Assembly (NCBI GenBank): GCA_964016885.1
Contig: OZ024741.1
Coordinates: forward strand, 193,936,001 to 194,000,000
Origin: Eledone cirrhosa
Lineage: Eukaryota
DNA: 64,000 nt
Reading direction: 5' to 3'
The translations under genes were made by a program, and so were the position numbers. The notes below the pieces were generated by a model. That model ran no database searches. It was not told the origin of the DNA and was given only the letters and a program-made list of their open reading frames with translations. Position 1 is the first letter of the stretch. Each line of letters begins with the position of its first letter. This document shows positions 1-11,703 of this stretch, piece after piece.

Positions 1-581
1 ATAACATACCCATCTAAACCCATATATTATTAATACATCTTAATATATTTTAATTAAATTTTAATTCAATTTTTAACTAAAGTTTTTAATTAAATTCTAA
101 CTATATTTTTTTATCCTTAATTTAATTTTTTAACTTATCATTATAAATGTTATAAACAGCATAATGAACGTTATATTTACGTTCTGAGTATTCATCCATG
201 TAAAACTTATTTCTTCGTTCGCTTCGCTTCTCTTCACTATCACTATGCATAGTCTTGTCTTTTCTTCTCTTTTTCTCTTTCTCTTTTCTTCTCTCTCCCT
301 TTAATTATTCTTTCTCCCTCCCTTTCAATATTTTTTTCTCTCTCCCTCTCAATATTTTTTCTCTCTCCCTCTCAATATTTTTCCCTCTCCCTTTTACATC
401 ACCTTTCTTCCAACAGTTTAATTTAAATAAACCGTTGTTTTTTTAATTTTTCTGACACTCATTTGCATACTCACTCATAACTTTGTATCACCCTCAATAA
501 AATATTATCTCCACTATCCAGTGAACTTCAAGGTTGTCTTTTTGTCCGGGTATGTCAATATTTATTTATAAAACAAATCTG

Positions 582-647
582 TATTTTATCTGATGAAAGC
601 GCACCATAATTTGCCTTGGTTGCCCTTGAAATATATATAATAAAATA
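582..647 (+). ncRNA. Minimal type I hammerhead ribozyme motif in a short Penelope-pLTR/retrozyme-like repeat (repeat about 540-690)
   Basis: tattttat-CTGATGA-aagcgcacc..ggttgccctt-GAAA-tatata-TA-ataaaata. Perfect 8-bp stem I, imperfect stem II, palindromic stem III loop, UA cleavage site after 639. Same family as 55796-56104. Confidence 0.75.
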
Positions 648-704
648 ATTATGGTTTTATAAATATAGTTTCCATTTATTAATATATTGTCTATATATAT
701 TGTA

Positions 705-2418
705 TATATATGTATTGCATGAGGTGGAGGTTGTTGTGTATGGACCTGGTCGGGATTGCACACGTTTGCGCTTTCCCGACCAGGCTTTCGACGACAAATG
801 CCAGCCTCGTTGCTAGCACCTTAGCCAAAATCTTTAACTCTATGTTGAGCAGAGTTATGGGCCTGATATTGTTTACCTCGACCTCATTGTTCTCGTCTTT
901 CCTTATCAGCGTTACTACGCCCTTGCCTGCAGAACTGGGAATTGTCCCGTTCTGCTGCCAACTGCAGTAGACGGCTTCGAGGACGCCAGAGAACAAGTCC
1001 GGCATGCCTATGTAAAACTCATAGGGTAGACCATCTAGACCGGGTGATTTGCGTTTCCCGCAGCGGACCAGAGCGTCCCGTATCTCAGTGTCTGTGATCG
1101 GTCTTTCGCAGAACTCGGTGCCCATGTTCGAGAGACGCGACAGGCCGTCGAGATATGAACCAAAGTCCATTGCCCCGTTGGGTGCACCCTCGTTCTGCTC
1201 AAACAGTCGCGCAAAGTGCTGCTGAAAGGCCGCGCACATTTGCTTGAGGTCAAGTAGCACACGTCCGTTTTGGTCTTTCAAAGACCGAATCGTGGACTTG
1301 TTGCCACTTTTCGCCTCCGCCACTCGGGCCCAGCTAACAGCTTTTGCTCCTTCGTTTCCTAGAGCACGTGATTTACTTCTGACCACACAGCCTTCGTGTT
1401 TCGCGTCGAAGAACTGGTCTAGTGCCTTTCTCGATGCTAGCACTCTAGCTACGTTGCCACTCCTAAACGCCTCCTCTACCTTGGCTACTAGTTCTGTTTC
1501 TATTTTGTTTTTCTCTAAAGCTAATTCTCTGCTAAACTCTATCGATTCTACTCTAATTGCTCTCTTGAGAGAGTACCACCATCTATTGTTGACGATGGCT
1601 CCCGTCAACTGTTGTTTAACTAATCTACTTATCCGTTCACTGTAGGCTTTACGTGCCGGCAACGACACGTTCAGCTTCCAGTATCCGAGTCCTTGTCTAT
1701 GTATTCTACCACGGTTGACTATGCAGACGACTAGTTTGTGATCTGAATAGGCAACCATGTGCATTTGTGGACAGCTTGACATTTTCTTGTCCCTCTCTCT
1801 AATGAAGAACCTATCTAAATACGATCTAGATGTCCCGCTGCGGTTTGCCCACGTCCACTGTGGTGCAGTCGGGAAATCCAGTCGATACCTATCGGCCAGT
1901 TGGAATTGGCCGATTAAATTTTTGAGGCTGTTGCATCCCCCTCTACTGGGACATGATCCTACATAGTCCCATCGTGCATCTAGGATAGCCTTCCAGTCCC
2001 CCACTAAAAGCAAGGAGCGAGATGTTCCTAGAAAAGGCTCTAGACGCTTAAAGAAATCTGGCCGCGATTGCCCGGTCGGGGCATAAACGGCCACCAGTTT
2101 GAAAGCTCCACCTCCAACACTGTTCACGTCTAGGACTACCAGTCTACCCTCTGGGTCCAAATGTACTTGCTGTACTTCGAGGTCCAGATTTTTCCGAAAC
2201 ATGACAGCTACTCCCCCTCCACCTCCTGGCTGACAGAGAGATGCGTAGATCTCAAAGTAATTGAAAATGGGGGTTAGCTGCTGCCTGTTGTGGATCCTGG
2301 ACTCGGTGATGGCTATCACATCCATATCGTGTGACCTAAGGTCGTTTAAAAGTTGGCCCTGTTTCCAGGGCATCCCTAGGCCACGCACATTCACACTTCC
2401 AACTCGTAAATTAGCTAT
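705..2418 (-). pseudogene. Tx1/L1 ORF2: apurinic-like endonuclease plus N-terminal part of reverse transcriptase, truncated
   Basis: NVRGL, VYAP, SYLDRFF, SDH, YWKLN, KSPGLDGLPYEFY and RPITLLN motifs. Breaks off into TA repeats at about 705. The likely start codon reads ATA at 2416-2418. Confidence 0.9.
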
Positions 2419-4300
2419 GTTGGTGGAGAAGAGTTGGCAAAAAAAAGGACGAAAAGATGCACTTACCTTTTCGTTTCCTGGAGATCGGGTTGTTCGATCT
2501 CTATTTGGGTGCTGGAGGAGTATTGTGTGGGGTGGGGAAACATTTTAACAGGTTGATTGGTTTCTGGCAGGGGTTGCCCACGTCCTGCGAAAATTCATTC
2601 TTCAGGTCACTATAGGTCTCTATAGAAACCCCTATAAGTTTAAGGTGTGGAGATGAATCCGCCTTCACAAAAGTTTTACCCTCGGTTTCCACCTTGGGGT
2701 TTTGGGAGATGACCTCCATTAAATTCTTGTTGGTGGTGTTGACGTATGCGTATTGTCTGTGTTTTTGTTGTGTTGCTTTTGTTTGTTGTTCGTTCGGGAG
2801 TTTTCTTTTTATGGTGGGTGCTTGTGTTTGGGGTGGTGTTGGTGTTGGTTTTGCTGGTAGGTGGATGTTTGACTGTGGTGTTGTTTGTGTTGTTGTTTGT
2901 GTCTGTGGTTGTGTGTTGGTGTTGGTGATTGGAGTTTTGGGGGTTTTGTGGTGTCTCTTTTTTATTTTATTTCCGAGGCTCTTCTTCTTCTTCACTTAAA
3001 GAAGGAGAAGAAGCCTCATCTGTCGATGAATAATCATCGTCAGGAGTGTGGGGTAGGGGTATGTTGTGTCGTGATGGTGTTTCGGTGTGTGTGTTTGTGG
3101 TAGTGTTTGATGGAGTGGGATGGGGTGGGGCTGTGTTCTTTAGGGGTGTTGTCTGTGTTTTTTCTGTTGTTGTTGGTTGAGTAGCTGTTTGTTTTGGTGT
3201 GTTTGCTTGTTTCGTGTGTTGTTGTTGTTATTGTGGTTGTTATGGTGGTTGTTTTGGTGTTGGTGTTGGTAACAGTATTTTCTTTTATAATGTTTTGTTT
3301 GAGCGTGTTTGTAAAGGGAAGGGGGCCTTTAGATGTGTGGTGCTATTACAACGAAAGCAATGTGGTTTTCATACTTCAACCGAAATGTTAATGTGGTTGC
3401 TGTTGTCACTAGGACGTCTTCGCGTATTTTGGAGATTCTCTCCGGCCTCATCTGCACCAGAATCTTCAAACTGGTACCCGCCTACCTTTGTCTGGTCAAC
3501 TTCCTGACCGAAAAAATTACGTCATTTTCTGGCTCCACGAACGCCGCCAAGATCCACCAGATGTTGATGTTTGGTGGTATACTGTTTTTTTTTTTTTTGT
3601 GTGTTCTTTTTCCCATATAAGTAGGGAAAAAGGTGTGTGTTTTCAAAATGATTGGCTGCACAGAATGCTTCTGTGCGAGGGCTTCGCTTTTAAAAAGTAC
3701 CGAAATACTTCCATACAATCTGCCCCTTTGCAGAAAATTGATGTTTTCCAAAGTCTCCTTCAAGGTGGCTTCAATTTCCTCTTAACTAAGGAAAACTGGC
3801 TTTCTTGTATTATTCGAGACAGTTCTGAAGGTTACTGTCCTTCGAACTGTTTCTCGTTTAATTTCCAAGGGTGAGTTTATTTGAAACCCACCCTTTTCTT
3901 TAAATGTTATAAATTGCTTCGCATCAGACATCTGTTTTGAATTGCTGATGTCCAACTCTTTATATTCTGTTTTGTTTATTACAGTCTGTGTGAATGTTGT
4001 TTTTTCAGTTTTGTTGTTGTTGGTTTTTTCATGTGTATTTGTGTGAGTTATTTCAATTTCTGTATTTTCTGTGTTTTTTCGTGTTTGTTGTGGGCTGTTA
4101 TTCTCAGCTTTTGTAGTGTAAATTCCTATTTCTTTACGAAGCGACGTTTTGTGTATGTCCGTTTCCATAGTTACTTCCATGCAGACAGAAGCAGATTTAA
4201 CGTTCATATCTGCCTTTTTCCCTCTCTTCTCGCTGTCAACGCTAGCCAGCGTTCTCTCTATGTCACACATTGTTACAGTTAGGAAATTTTAAGATTTTCA
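705..4300 (-). mobile_element. Tx1/L1-clade non-LTR retrotransposon, 3'-truncated and decayed
   Basis: Fragmented ORF1 (about 2460-4270) with a degenerate zinc knuckle (KPHCFRCNSTTHLKA, about 3320-3375), followed by an APE-RT ORF2. The 5' boundary is approximate. Confidence 0.85.
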
Positions 4301-5377
4301 ATAATTTTTTTAATTAAATGTTCGCTCCACAGGGGCGAAAACTGATATTACCACTCAGCTGACAATTTAGCCTGGGTGTTAATCTATCTAACAATATAAA
4401 TTTTTACACAATAGATTCTGTTTTTGTATAGAAAATTTTACAAAAACTTACCGACGATCTATCGCATGTCCTATAGATAGATACAGAGCTAGATAGATAG
4501 GTCATATTTTAGCTTACTGATTACGAAGAAACAATAATTGCATTCTTGCAATCGAGCAACATGTCAAAGATTTAATGTAATCATTTAAACATGAATTACT
4601 TATTAATAAGGCTATATGCGATACGTTTATGTATAATATACATGTATTAGTCTCACTATGAGGATATATTAAGCTGTGATCATGTCATAACTATCTCAGT
4701 ATCAGCCTGAGAACTCCAGGCATTAGCGTTTCGGGATATCTTACACATTATCAGACACGTTTTCTCACTCGGTACTGAGATTAGAATAAGCAATATCATG
4801 TACTTTGCCTATAAACATCTGCTGGAGAAGTTCATTTGCATACAGTGTGTGTTTGACTTGGCCAGGATTAATAAGCAGTAACACTTATAAAGGTCTATGT
4901 GAAGGCCATATATGCTGTTAATGCTACTGTTAATATATATATGTATATATAAATCTTTTCAAAGGCAACCTTCACACAACTTCTTTCGACATAGTCTCCA
5001 GGTAGAAGAAGATTATTCACTTTTCCTTGTAAAAGTTGAGTAGAACTTAATGATAAGTTCAATTGACAGACGTATCCGCCCTGCTCGTCATAACAGCTGT
5101 TCGACATAAGCCCACAAATCAACAATGCGCAGACACGGGACGATGTCGTCGTTCTGCACGTATCACCAACAGTTTCAGTCGGTGGTGGCTTAAACACAGC
5201 CAAACCTGTAGATTTTTATCCTAAACAGGCAATGCCCCCTGTATCAACAGCTAGGCCAAGGACGCTCGTAAATTGGCCATAATTCTGGTTTTGAAATTCT
5301 TCCTGAACAGATTACTCAGACGATCCTCGTCAACATCTACTATTGTTCTGGGATCATCTTTTCTCATACCCTCCACT

Positions 5378-5610
5378 AATAATAATAATAATTGTTTCTA
5401 CTTTAGGCACAAGGCCAGCAATTTTTTTGCGGGGTAGGAGGGTGGGAGGTCGATTAAATCGACCCTAGTGCGTTACTGGTACTTTATTTTATCGATCCCG
5501 TAAGGATGAAAGGCAAAGTTAACTTCAGCGGGATTTGAACTCAGACCGTAACTCTATGCTGCAACGCATGGTGTCCGACGCTCTACCGATACTGCCAAAT
5601 CCCCGCCAAC
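5378..5610 (-). mobile_element. tRNA-derived SINE with Nin/Deu-like core
   Basis: Reverse complement has B-box-like gagttcaaatcc, core gcctttcatcct..gatcgataaaataaagtacc and an (ATT)n tail. Confidence 0.8.
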
Positions 5611-6007
5611 ACAAATAATAATAATATCGATTGTTTCGAATAACTACCATAAATACTTGGTCGATCCTATATAGGCAAGCAACTAGTGAAAATATTTAGC
5701 CTTTGTCTACGCCCTTTACTGAAGAAAGTGTATAGAGACAGAGAACACAGCTGTTACCTTCTCTCTACATTTACAACAACTAGTCGATTATTTTCATCCT
5801 TGTTGTTGTTGTTGTTGTGGTGGTGGTGTTTGATCTTCTTCTTCTTCTTCTCCTCCCCCTTAAGTAGAATACACATATATGTATACATGAATGTATGTAT
5901 AGTATATTTGGCAATATACCGTTTGTTTAATTAAAAACATTTTGAAGACCATACGTTATCGGTTTTAAAGTAGTGACTATGTCACTTACCTTTTTTCGGC
6001 AAAAGAA

Positions 6008-6067
6008 GGGAGAGAAGCTAACAGTCTGTTTCACGCTGTTGGCGATCATCAGAGCCACTCACTCTCC
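6008..6067 (-). ncRNA. Type I hammerhead ribozyme motif
   Basis: Minus strand reads gct-CTGATGA-tcgc caaca gcgt-GAAA-cagactg-TT-agc. Stem I extends through gag/ctc. Confidence 0.65.
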
Positions 6068-6376
6068 GCTTTCACCGAAAATTATAGAAGCTGGATTCTT
6101 ATAGAATTTCAGTAATAATCAGGAGCTGTAGCTTCTCTCCCTTCTTTCGCCGAAAAGAAATAAGTGGCATAGTCTCTACTTTAAAACCGATAGCGTATGG
6201 TCTTCAAAATGTTTTTAATTAAACATACTATATATACATTCATGTATACATCGCTATTTCAGAGCACAATCCGAATACCTAATTTTTGCTGGACCGGTAA
6301 TCGCTCTGTATAATCAGCTCCTGATTATTACTGGAATTCTATAAGAATCCAGCTTCTGTAATTTTCGGCGAAAGCG

Positions 6377-6435
6377 GGGAGTGAGTGGCTCTGATGATCG
6401 CCAACAGCATGAAACAGACTGTTAGCATCTCTCCC
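6377..6435 (+). ncRNA. Type I hammerhead ribozyme motif (stem II slightly damaged)
   Basis: gct-CTGATGA-tcgccaacagcat-GAAA-cagactg-TT-agc, with predicted cleavage after 6423. Confidence 0.6.
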
Positions 6436-6798
6436 TTCTTTCGCCGAAAAGAGGTAAGTGACATAGTCACTACTTTAAAACCGATAGCGTATGGTCTTCA
6501 AAATGTTTTTAATTAAACATACGGTACATTGCCAAATATACTATACATACATTTATGTATACATCGCTATTTCAGAGCAGCAATCCTAATGTATATTTTA
6601 ATATATAAAATCTAAGGCATGTGTATTTTTTATGTTGGTTGATTTCCCTATTTCAGCTACGTTAGAGAGAGAAAACAGTGACTGTACTGAGAGGTGTCAA
6701 ATATAGAAAAAGAAAGCGTTATAAGAATTTGATTGGATAGCTAAATAGAGATCGGAGTGATAAAATAACAGAGAATATGTCCTAGAGTGAGAGGGTGA

Positions 6799-6835
6799 AT
6801 GTGTGTGTGTGTGTGTGTGTGTGTGTCTGTATGTG

Positions 6836-6907
<72 letters not shown>
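6799..6907. repeat. (TG)n and (GA)n microsatellites
   Basis: Direct reading. Confidence 0.95.
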
Positions 6908-6912
<5 letters not shown>

Positions 6913-7104
6913 AAAAAGAGTAATAATAACTGAAAGAAGATAAAATGAAGCAGAAGAAAATGGAGCAAGGCTTAAAGTAAAAACTTTAAGAATCACTAAA
7001 AGAAAGCATAAATAAACCTCATCATTTTTCACGGGTACTGCGCTAGTATACATGCATGCATTCTGCTATCTTAATAATATCATCTTCATTGCCATTGGGA
7101 TCGG

Positions 7105-7277
7105 TGAATTGGCTGTATCGGTAGAGGGTCGGACGCCATGCTTTCCAGCATTTATGGTCTGAATTCAAATCCCGCCGAGGTTAATTTTGCCATTCATCGT
7201 TACGAGGTCGATAAAATAAAGTACCAGTAATACACTGGGATAATTGCTGGTCTTGTGCCAAAAGTAGAAACAATTAT
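7105..7277 (+). mobile_element. Nin-core tRNA-SINE
   Basis: Same consensus as the other copies, ending gtagaaacaatta. Confidence 0.8.
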
Positions 7278-7597
7278 CACCATTGGGATCAGCTTGATTC
7301 AGAACCATTTCAGCTATTTCACCATCGATCATAGAATTAACATCGTCACTATTGATGTTAAAAACATTTTCGTTAACCACATCCTCCAAATAACTAATCG
7401 ATTATAACGATCCTACTGAATCAGTGCCATTAATACTCATGACAATGTTGAATGTATTTAGTTTTTGGTGTCCAGAATTGGTATGCCATATACACTAGGA
7501 TTACTGGGTATATGAACAAACTGGGAAAATTGTGTTTTGGTGAATTTGCATAAAAGAAACACTATAGTTTACGTTGATTACTGACACGTGGAAGTGA

Positions 7598-7949
7598 TCA
7601 AAGATAAACATGATATTTTGATTATTTATTTCTATAACTCTCCAGCATGTATGTACAAATGACATACACGTAACTTTTTAACTTTGTCGTAACAACCTGA
7701 CTGAGATAGGAAATGTATTGTGTGATTGTGCATATCTGCTTGTGTGTGTAAATTTTAAAGAGGTACAGATGGACATATATATAAATATACAAATACACAT
7801 GGCGCGTTATTTTGGTTAATACTTCGTACGCTTGTAACAAGGTTTGACATGATATTTTCTCACTTGACATGAGGAATCTTTCAAGCTCATTACTTAGTCC
7901 ATGATCATTACTGAATATAGCTGCAGACCAGATGTTTTGTCAGGCATGC
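7598..7949. repeat. Left arm of a long inverted repeat (partner 16573-16898)
   Basis: Near-identical reverse complement of 16573-16898, apart from one indel of about 26 bp. Confidence 0.9.
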
Positions 7950-9011
7950 GCAAGGATGTTTTTAGTTACATGATCCGATGCATTGGTAACAGTATATATG
8001 GAATTGATCATATTAAGCTCCCTTTTCAAGCTTCCCACACTCGCATGATTACCAACATACTATACAAGAAATTACCTTTATATTTACTCTTTAATGCTTT
8101 GAGAAATTTTCCATTTGTGGCGAGTCATGTCAGCACTAAAAAATATCTTTCGGGTTTTGACATTTCGGATAAAGGATTCTTAACCTGTGTATTCTACTCC
8201 TCTCCAGCACTGATTTCCATCTAGTGTTGGAGAGGAGTAGAATTCATACGGGGGCCGGTCAGCTAGATGTGAAGAGGCTCTATACCGGCTCTCGTATCGA
8301 TAAACAATAGAAGTTGCTTGTCTTTATCGCTAAAATGCTATCTGACGAACTCGGGCCAATGGTTACATGGTGATTACATCACCTAATTATCGACACCAGA
8401 GAAATATGTATAATGCCGAACTTAATTTATGCAGAACTTCATATGGCCTTCACTACTATTTACTGTATGTATACTCTGCCTTGGACTAACAAAACGTACT
8501 TGGATTGGTACATGTCGTCAAATGCTTTAATCCACTGATATCACCATTGACTGATTGGGGTGTGAATTACACTACTCTAGTCAGTTAACACCTTATAAAA
8601 ATGATATATATATATATAATTTGTTATCACCACAGCAGAGGTTCGACGAGATTTTGATTCCAGAAGCGGGTCAGATCGATACAGATCGAACCTTGAGCTG
8701 ATCAATAGCGAAACGCGCGTCACCAATCAATAAACGTAATGAAGACATAGCAAATCATCTTTATATATATATATATGAAAAGGTAGTGCACGTGGCCCTT
8801 TTAGGGGGCCTCTAGGGCCAGTGGAAGGGATACAGATATCCTCAAACTCGAAACCTAACCCGAATATTTACAACAGAGTGGTTTCTGTTAAAGACATTAA
8901 AGGGCCGGGTGACGATTAAGTCTACCACTTTAATGGATTTGAAATTAGAATATAAAGAGCAGGAATAATTACAACAGAGTACAGCAAAATAGTTTGTCCG
9001 GCGCTCTAATG

Positions 9012-9315
9012 CAGGGGTGTGCAACATATTCCATTGGCGGGTCACTTTTGAACATTGGAACAATTATTAGGGCCATTAATATTTATTAAGCACTATTCCA
9101 AAGATTCACCACAACTTCTTTCCATAACATGGAACTGGGAAATTATAACGTACATAACCCTATCAGTGAAACCCTTTAGTATAGCTCAACTAACAGAAAA
9201 TTGTGTTACGGTTACGAAAATTAAAAACGGTAAAAATTAAAAACGGTGATCGCGGGCCACTCTGATTGGTCTGGCGGCCTGGTTGTGGCCCGCGGGCCAC
9301 CTGTTGCACGCCCTG
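9012..9315. mobile_element. hAT-family MITE
   Basis: TIRs caggggtgtgcaac / gttgcacgccctg, perfect 8-bp TSD ctctaatg, ggcccg subterminal motifs. Confidence 0.9.
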
Positions 9316-10142
9316 CTCTAATGATTCTGTTAATTCGCCGATATGTATGTATTTATGCGCGTAAGTATGTGTGTTTGTATGTATATATGTATGTATGTTT
9401 GTATGTATGTGTTATTTAAGAGATTGTCTGTCTTCTTTCTATCAGAAGAATGGTAGAATTTCTACATTGGTTCAGTTGACTTGTAAAGGTTAATATCTAC
9501 GGATTCGATGTGTTTTTAATGTCAAATTAATTATCCAAAATACTCTACTTGTGGTCGATCGATTTATTATACACAGATACTTCTCTTTCCTGAACCCACA
9601 ACTTCTAGTCAAGTTGAGATGGCAGTGTTGTGATATACAGCGTTTCTTGGACATTTTACACTTGGCAGAGACCAAGTCACATGTCTCGACGCACAGTCAA
9701 TTAGTGAGAGAGATTTTAGTAAACAGTGTTAAATATATGTGATTTATTTATGGACGGCGGCTATATATTAGGGATGCGCCGATAAGCAAATTGGCCGATT
9801 ACCGATTAATGATTTCAAATGAGACTTTACCACTTAAAAATGAGAATAGCGATTTCAAAGTGAGATTAACACAAACAGATATTAGAATATAAAATCTTTT
9901 GTAATGTTAACAATGTGAATTTGGCTGATTAATTATAAGTTTCCATTAGCTAAATAAAGTACTCATGTATTTTATGCAGCAAAGTGATTAATATAGTGTT
10001 ATTTAGTGCCACGTACAGACATAATTCATATTGTCTTTAGGTAATGCTTCTCGTTTTCTTGTCTTTATATAGTATAAGATTATTATGTTTGAAATCTTTA
10101 AATGTCCACCTACAGATTGGGTAAGATAATTTTAGTACAATT

Positions 10143-10674
10143 TATGAGTGATAGACACCACAAGAACAATTAGGTGCCACACAGCACCTCCCCTACTTTA
10201 TATGAGTGGTAGACACCACAAGAACAGTTAGGTGCCACACAGCACCTCCCCTACCCTATATGAGTGGTAGACACCACAAGAACAGTTAGGTGCCACACAG
10301 CACCTCCCCTACCCTATATGAGTGGTAGACACCACAAGAACAGTTAGGTGCCACACAGCACCTCCCCTACCCTATATGAGTGATAGACACCACAAGAACA
10401 ATTAGGTGCCACACAGCACCTCCCCTACCCTATATGAGTGGTAGACACCACAAGAACAATTAGGTTCCACACAGCACCTCCCCTACCCTATATGAGTGAT
10501 AGACACCACAAGAACAATTAGGTGCCACACAGCACCTCCCCTACCCTATATGAGTGACAGACACCACAAGAACAATTAGGTGCCACACAGCACCTCCCCT
10601 ACCCTATCTGAGTGATAGACACCACAAGAACAATTAGGTGCCACACAGCACCTCCCCTACCCAATATGAGTGAC
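10143..10674. repeat. 58-bp tandem minisatellite, about 9 highly similar copies
   Basis: Unit tatgagtggtagacaccacaagaacagttaggtgccacacagcacctcccctacccta at 58-bp period. Confidence 0.95.
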
Positions 10675-11049
10675 AGGTAAGCAGCAGACAGCTACGGGAA
10701 AGCAGACAGCAAACACCAGACGGCCTCTGTACCACGAAACGATAAACAGCCACGGGAACACCAAACACCACAATACCTTTGTAATTGTAATACGTTCCCT
10801 TCACCACAACTGGATCACGTAAATATTGGTATGTTGGTTCATTTGTAATATAATAAACACATATAAACAAAATAAACATCACCATTATTTACATTGTTGA
10901 ATATAACTCTCGTTGTGGTTATTGTCTTGTTTACGCACACACCCACTCACTTGTTATAATTCCCACTTACGAATATGGTAAATAGACGAGGGACTTTCCC
11001 TCACGTCTATATTGATAAACAATCCAACTAGGATACTTCATTTACCACA
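10675..11049 (+). repeat. 5' LTR (first 78 bp missing)
   Basis: Matches 15927-16302 with about 3 differences seen. Confidence 0.93.
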
Positions 11050-11050
11050 C

Positions 11051-11059
11051 TGGTGACCC
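11051..11059 (+). promoter_or_regulatory. Primer binding site, tRNA-Trp type
   Basis: TGGTGACCC 1 nt after the LTR, complementary to the tRNA-Trp 3' end. Confidence 0.8.
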
Positions 11060-11703
11060 AACTAAAGAATTTTACGCAGCTTTTTTATTCATTTGAACTT
11101 AAATATTTCACTGTTATTACCACGTTGCCAACCTTTTCGCAACTTACAAAAAAAAAAAAAGACAGAAATAATAAAGTGTTTATACAGTATTGACAAGGTT
11201 TACAAACCAGCCAAACATTTTTTCAAAGATGGCGTTGCTTTCCTTCCCCGTTTTGCAATTTTCCGCCAGGACAGGGACATTTTGAATTGCGTATGTGTGT
11301 TCCATATTTGATCAGAAAAAAAACTTGTTTGTGAACATTACTGCCCCGCAGGGGATACGCATGCCTTACTTTTTTCCTAAGGGATTTTTAGCCACAGGCT
11401 ACCTATTGTTGATATCCAACGTGGATATACTCTAAAACAAACATTTTTTTTTTCTCTTTTTCTCGGGTTATATGATTTGGCTTGCCCGTTGAAGCAACAC
11501 AAGGGGACAGACGTTGAAGGAAATTTTTTTTTTTTAAATATATATATGTACTTTATGTATTTTTGCTATTTCCTAATGTTTTGAATGTCTGTTTCTTTTT
11601 GACCTTTGATTTTTTTTTTCCATTTTGGGTGTTTGCTTTTCCCTGTACTAGGGAACATTAATTGCTGTTTATATATATATTTTTTTATTTTAAACGTTTC
11701 ACA

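Larger units (their letters stand above)
5880..6590. mobile_element. Inverted plus partial-tandem repeat carrying two hammerhead motifs (Penelope pLTR / non-LTR retrozyme-like)
   Basis: 5880-6128 is the reverse complement of 6315-6563, and 6130-6270 is a direct partial copy of 6424-6590. Confidence 0.8.

Noticed and set aside
1244-2548. Plus-strand ORFs overlapping the Tx1 element
   Set aside because: Antisense shadows of ORF2 with no independent motifs.
8650-8735. GAAA-cgcgcg-TC half of a hammerhead
   Set aside because: No CUGANGA upstream (best is cagaagc, two mismatches). At most a decayed relic.
10143-10674. CRISPR-like regular repeats
   Set aside because: Units are contiguous 58-bp copies with no unique spacers, in eukaryotic DNA with no cas genes.
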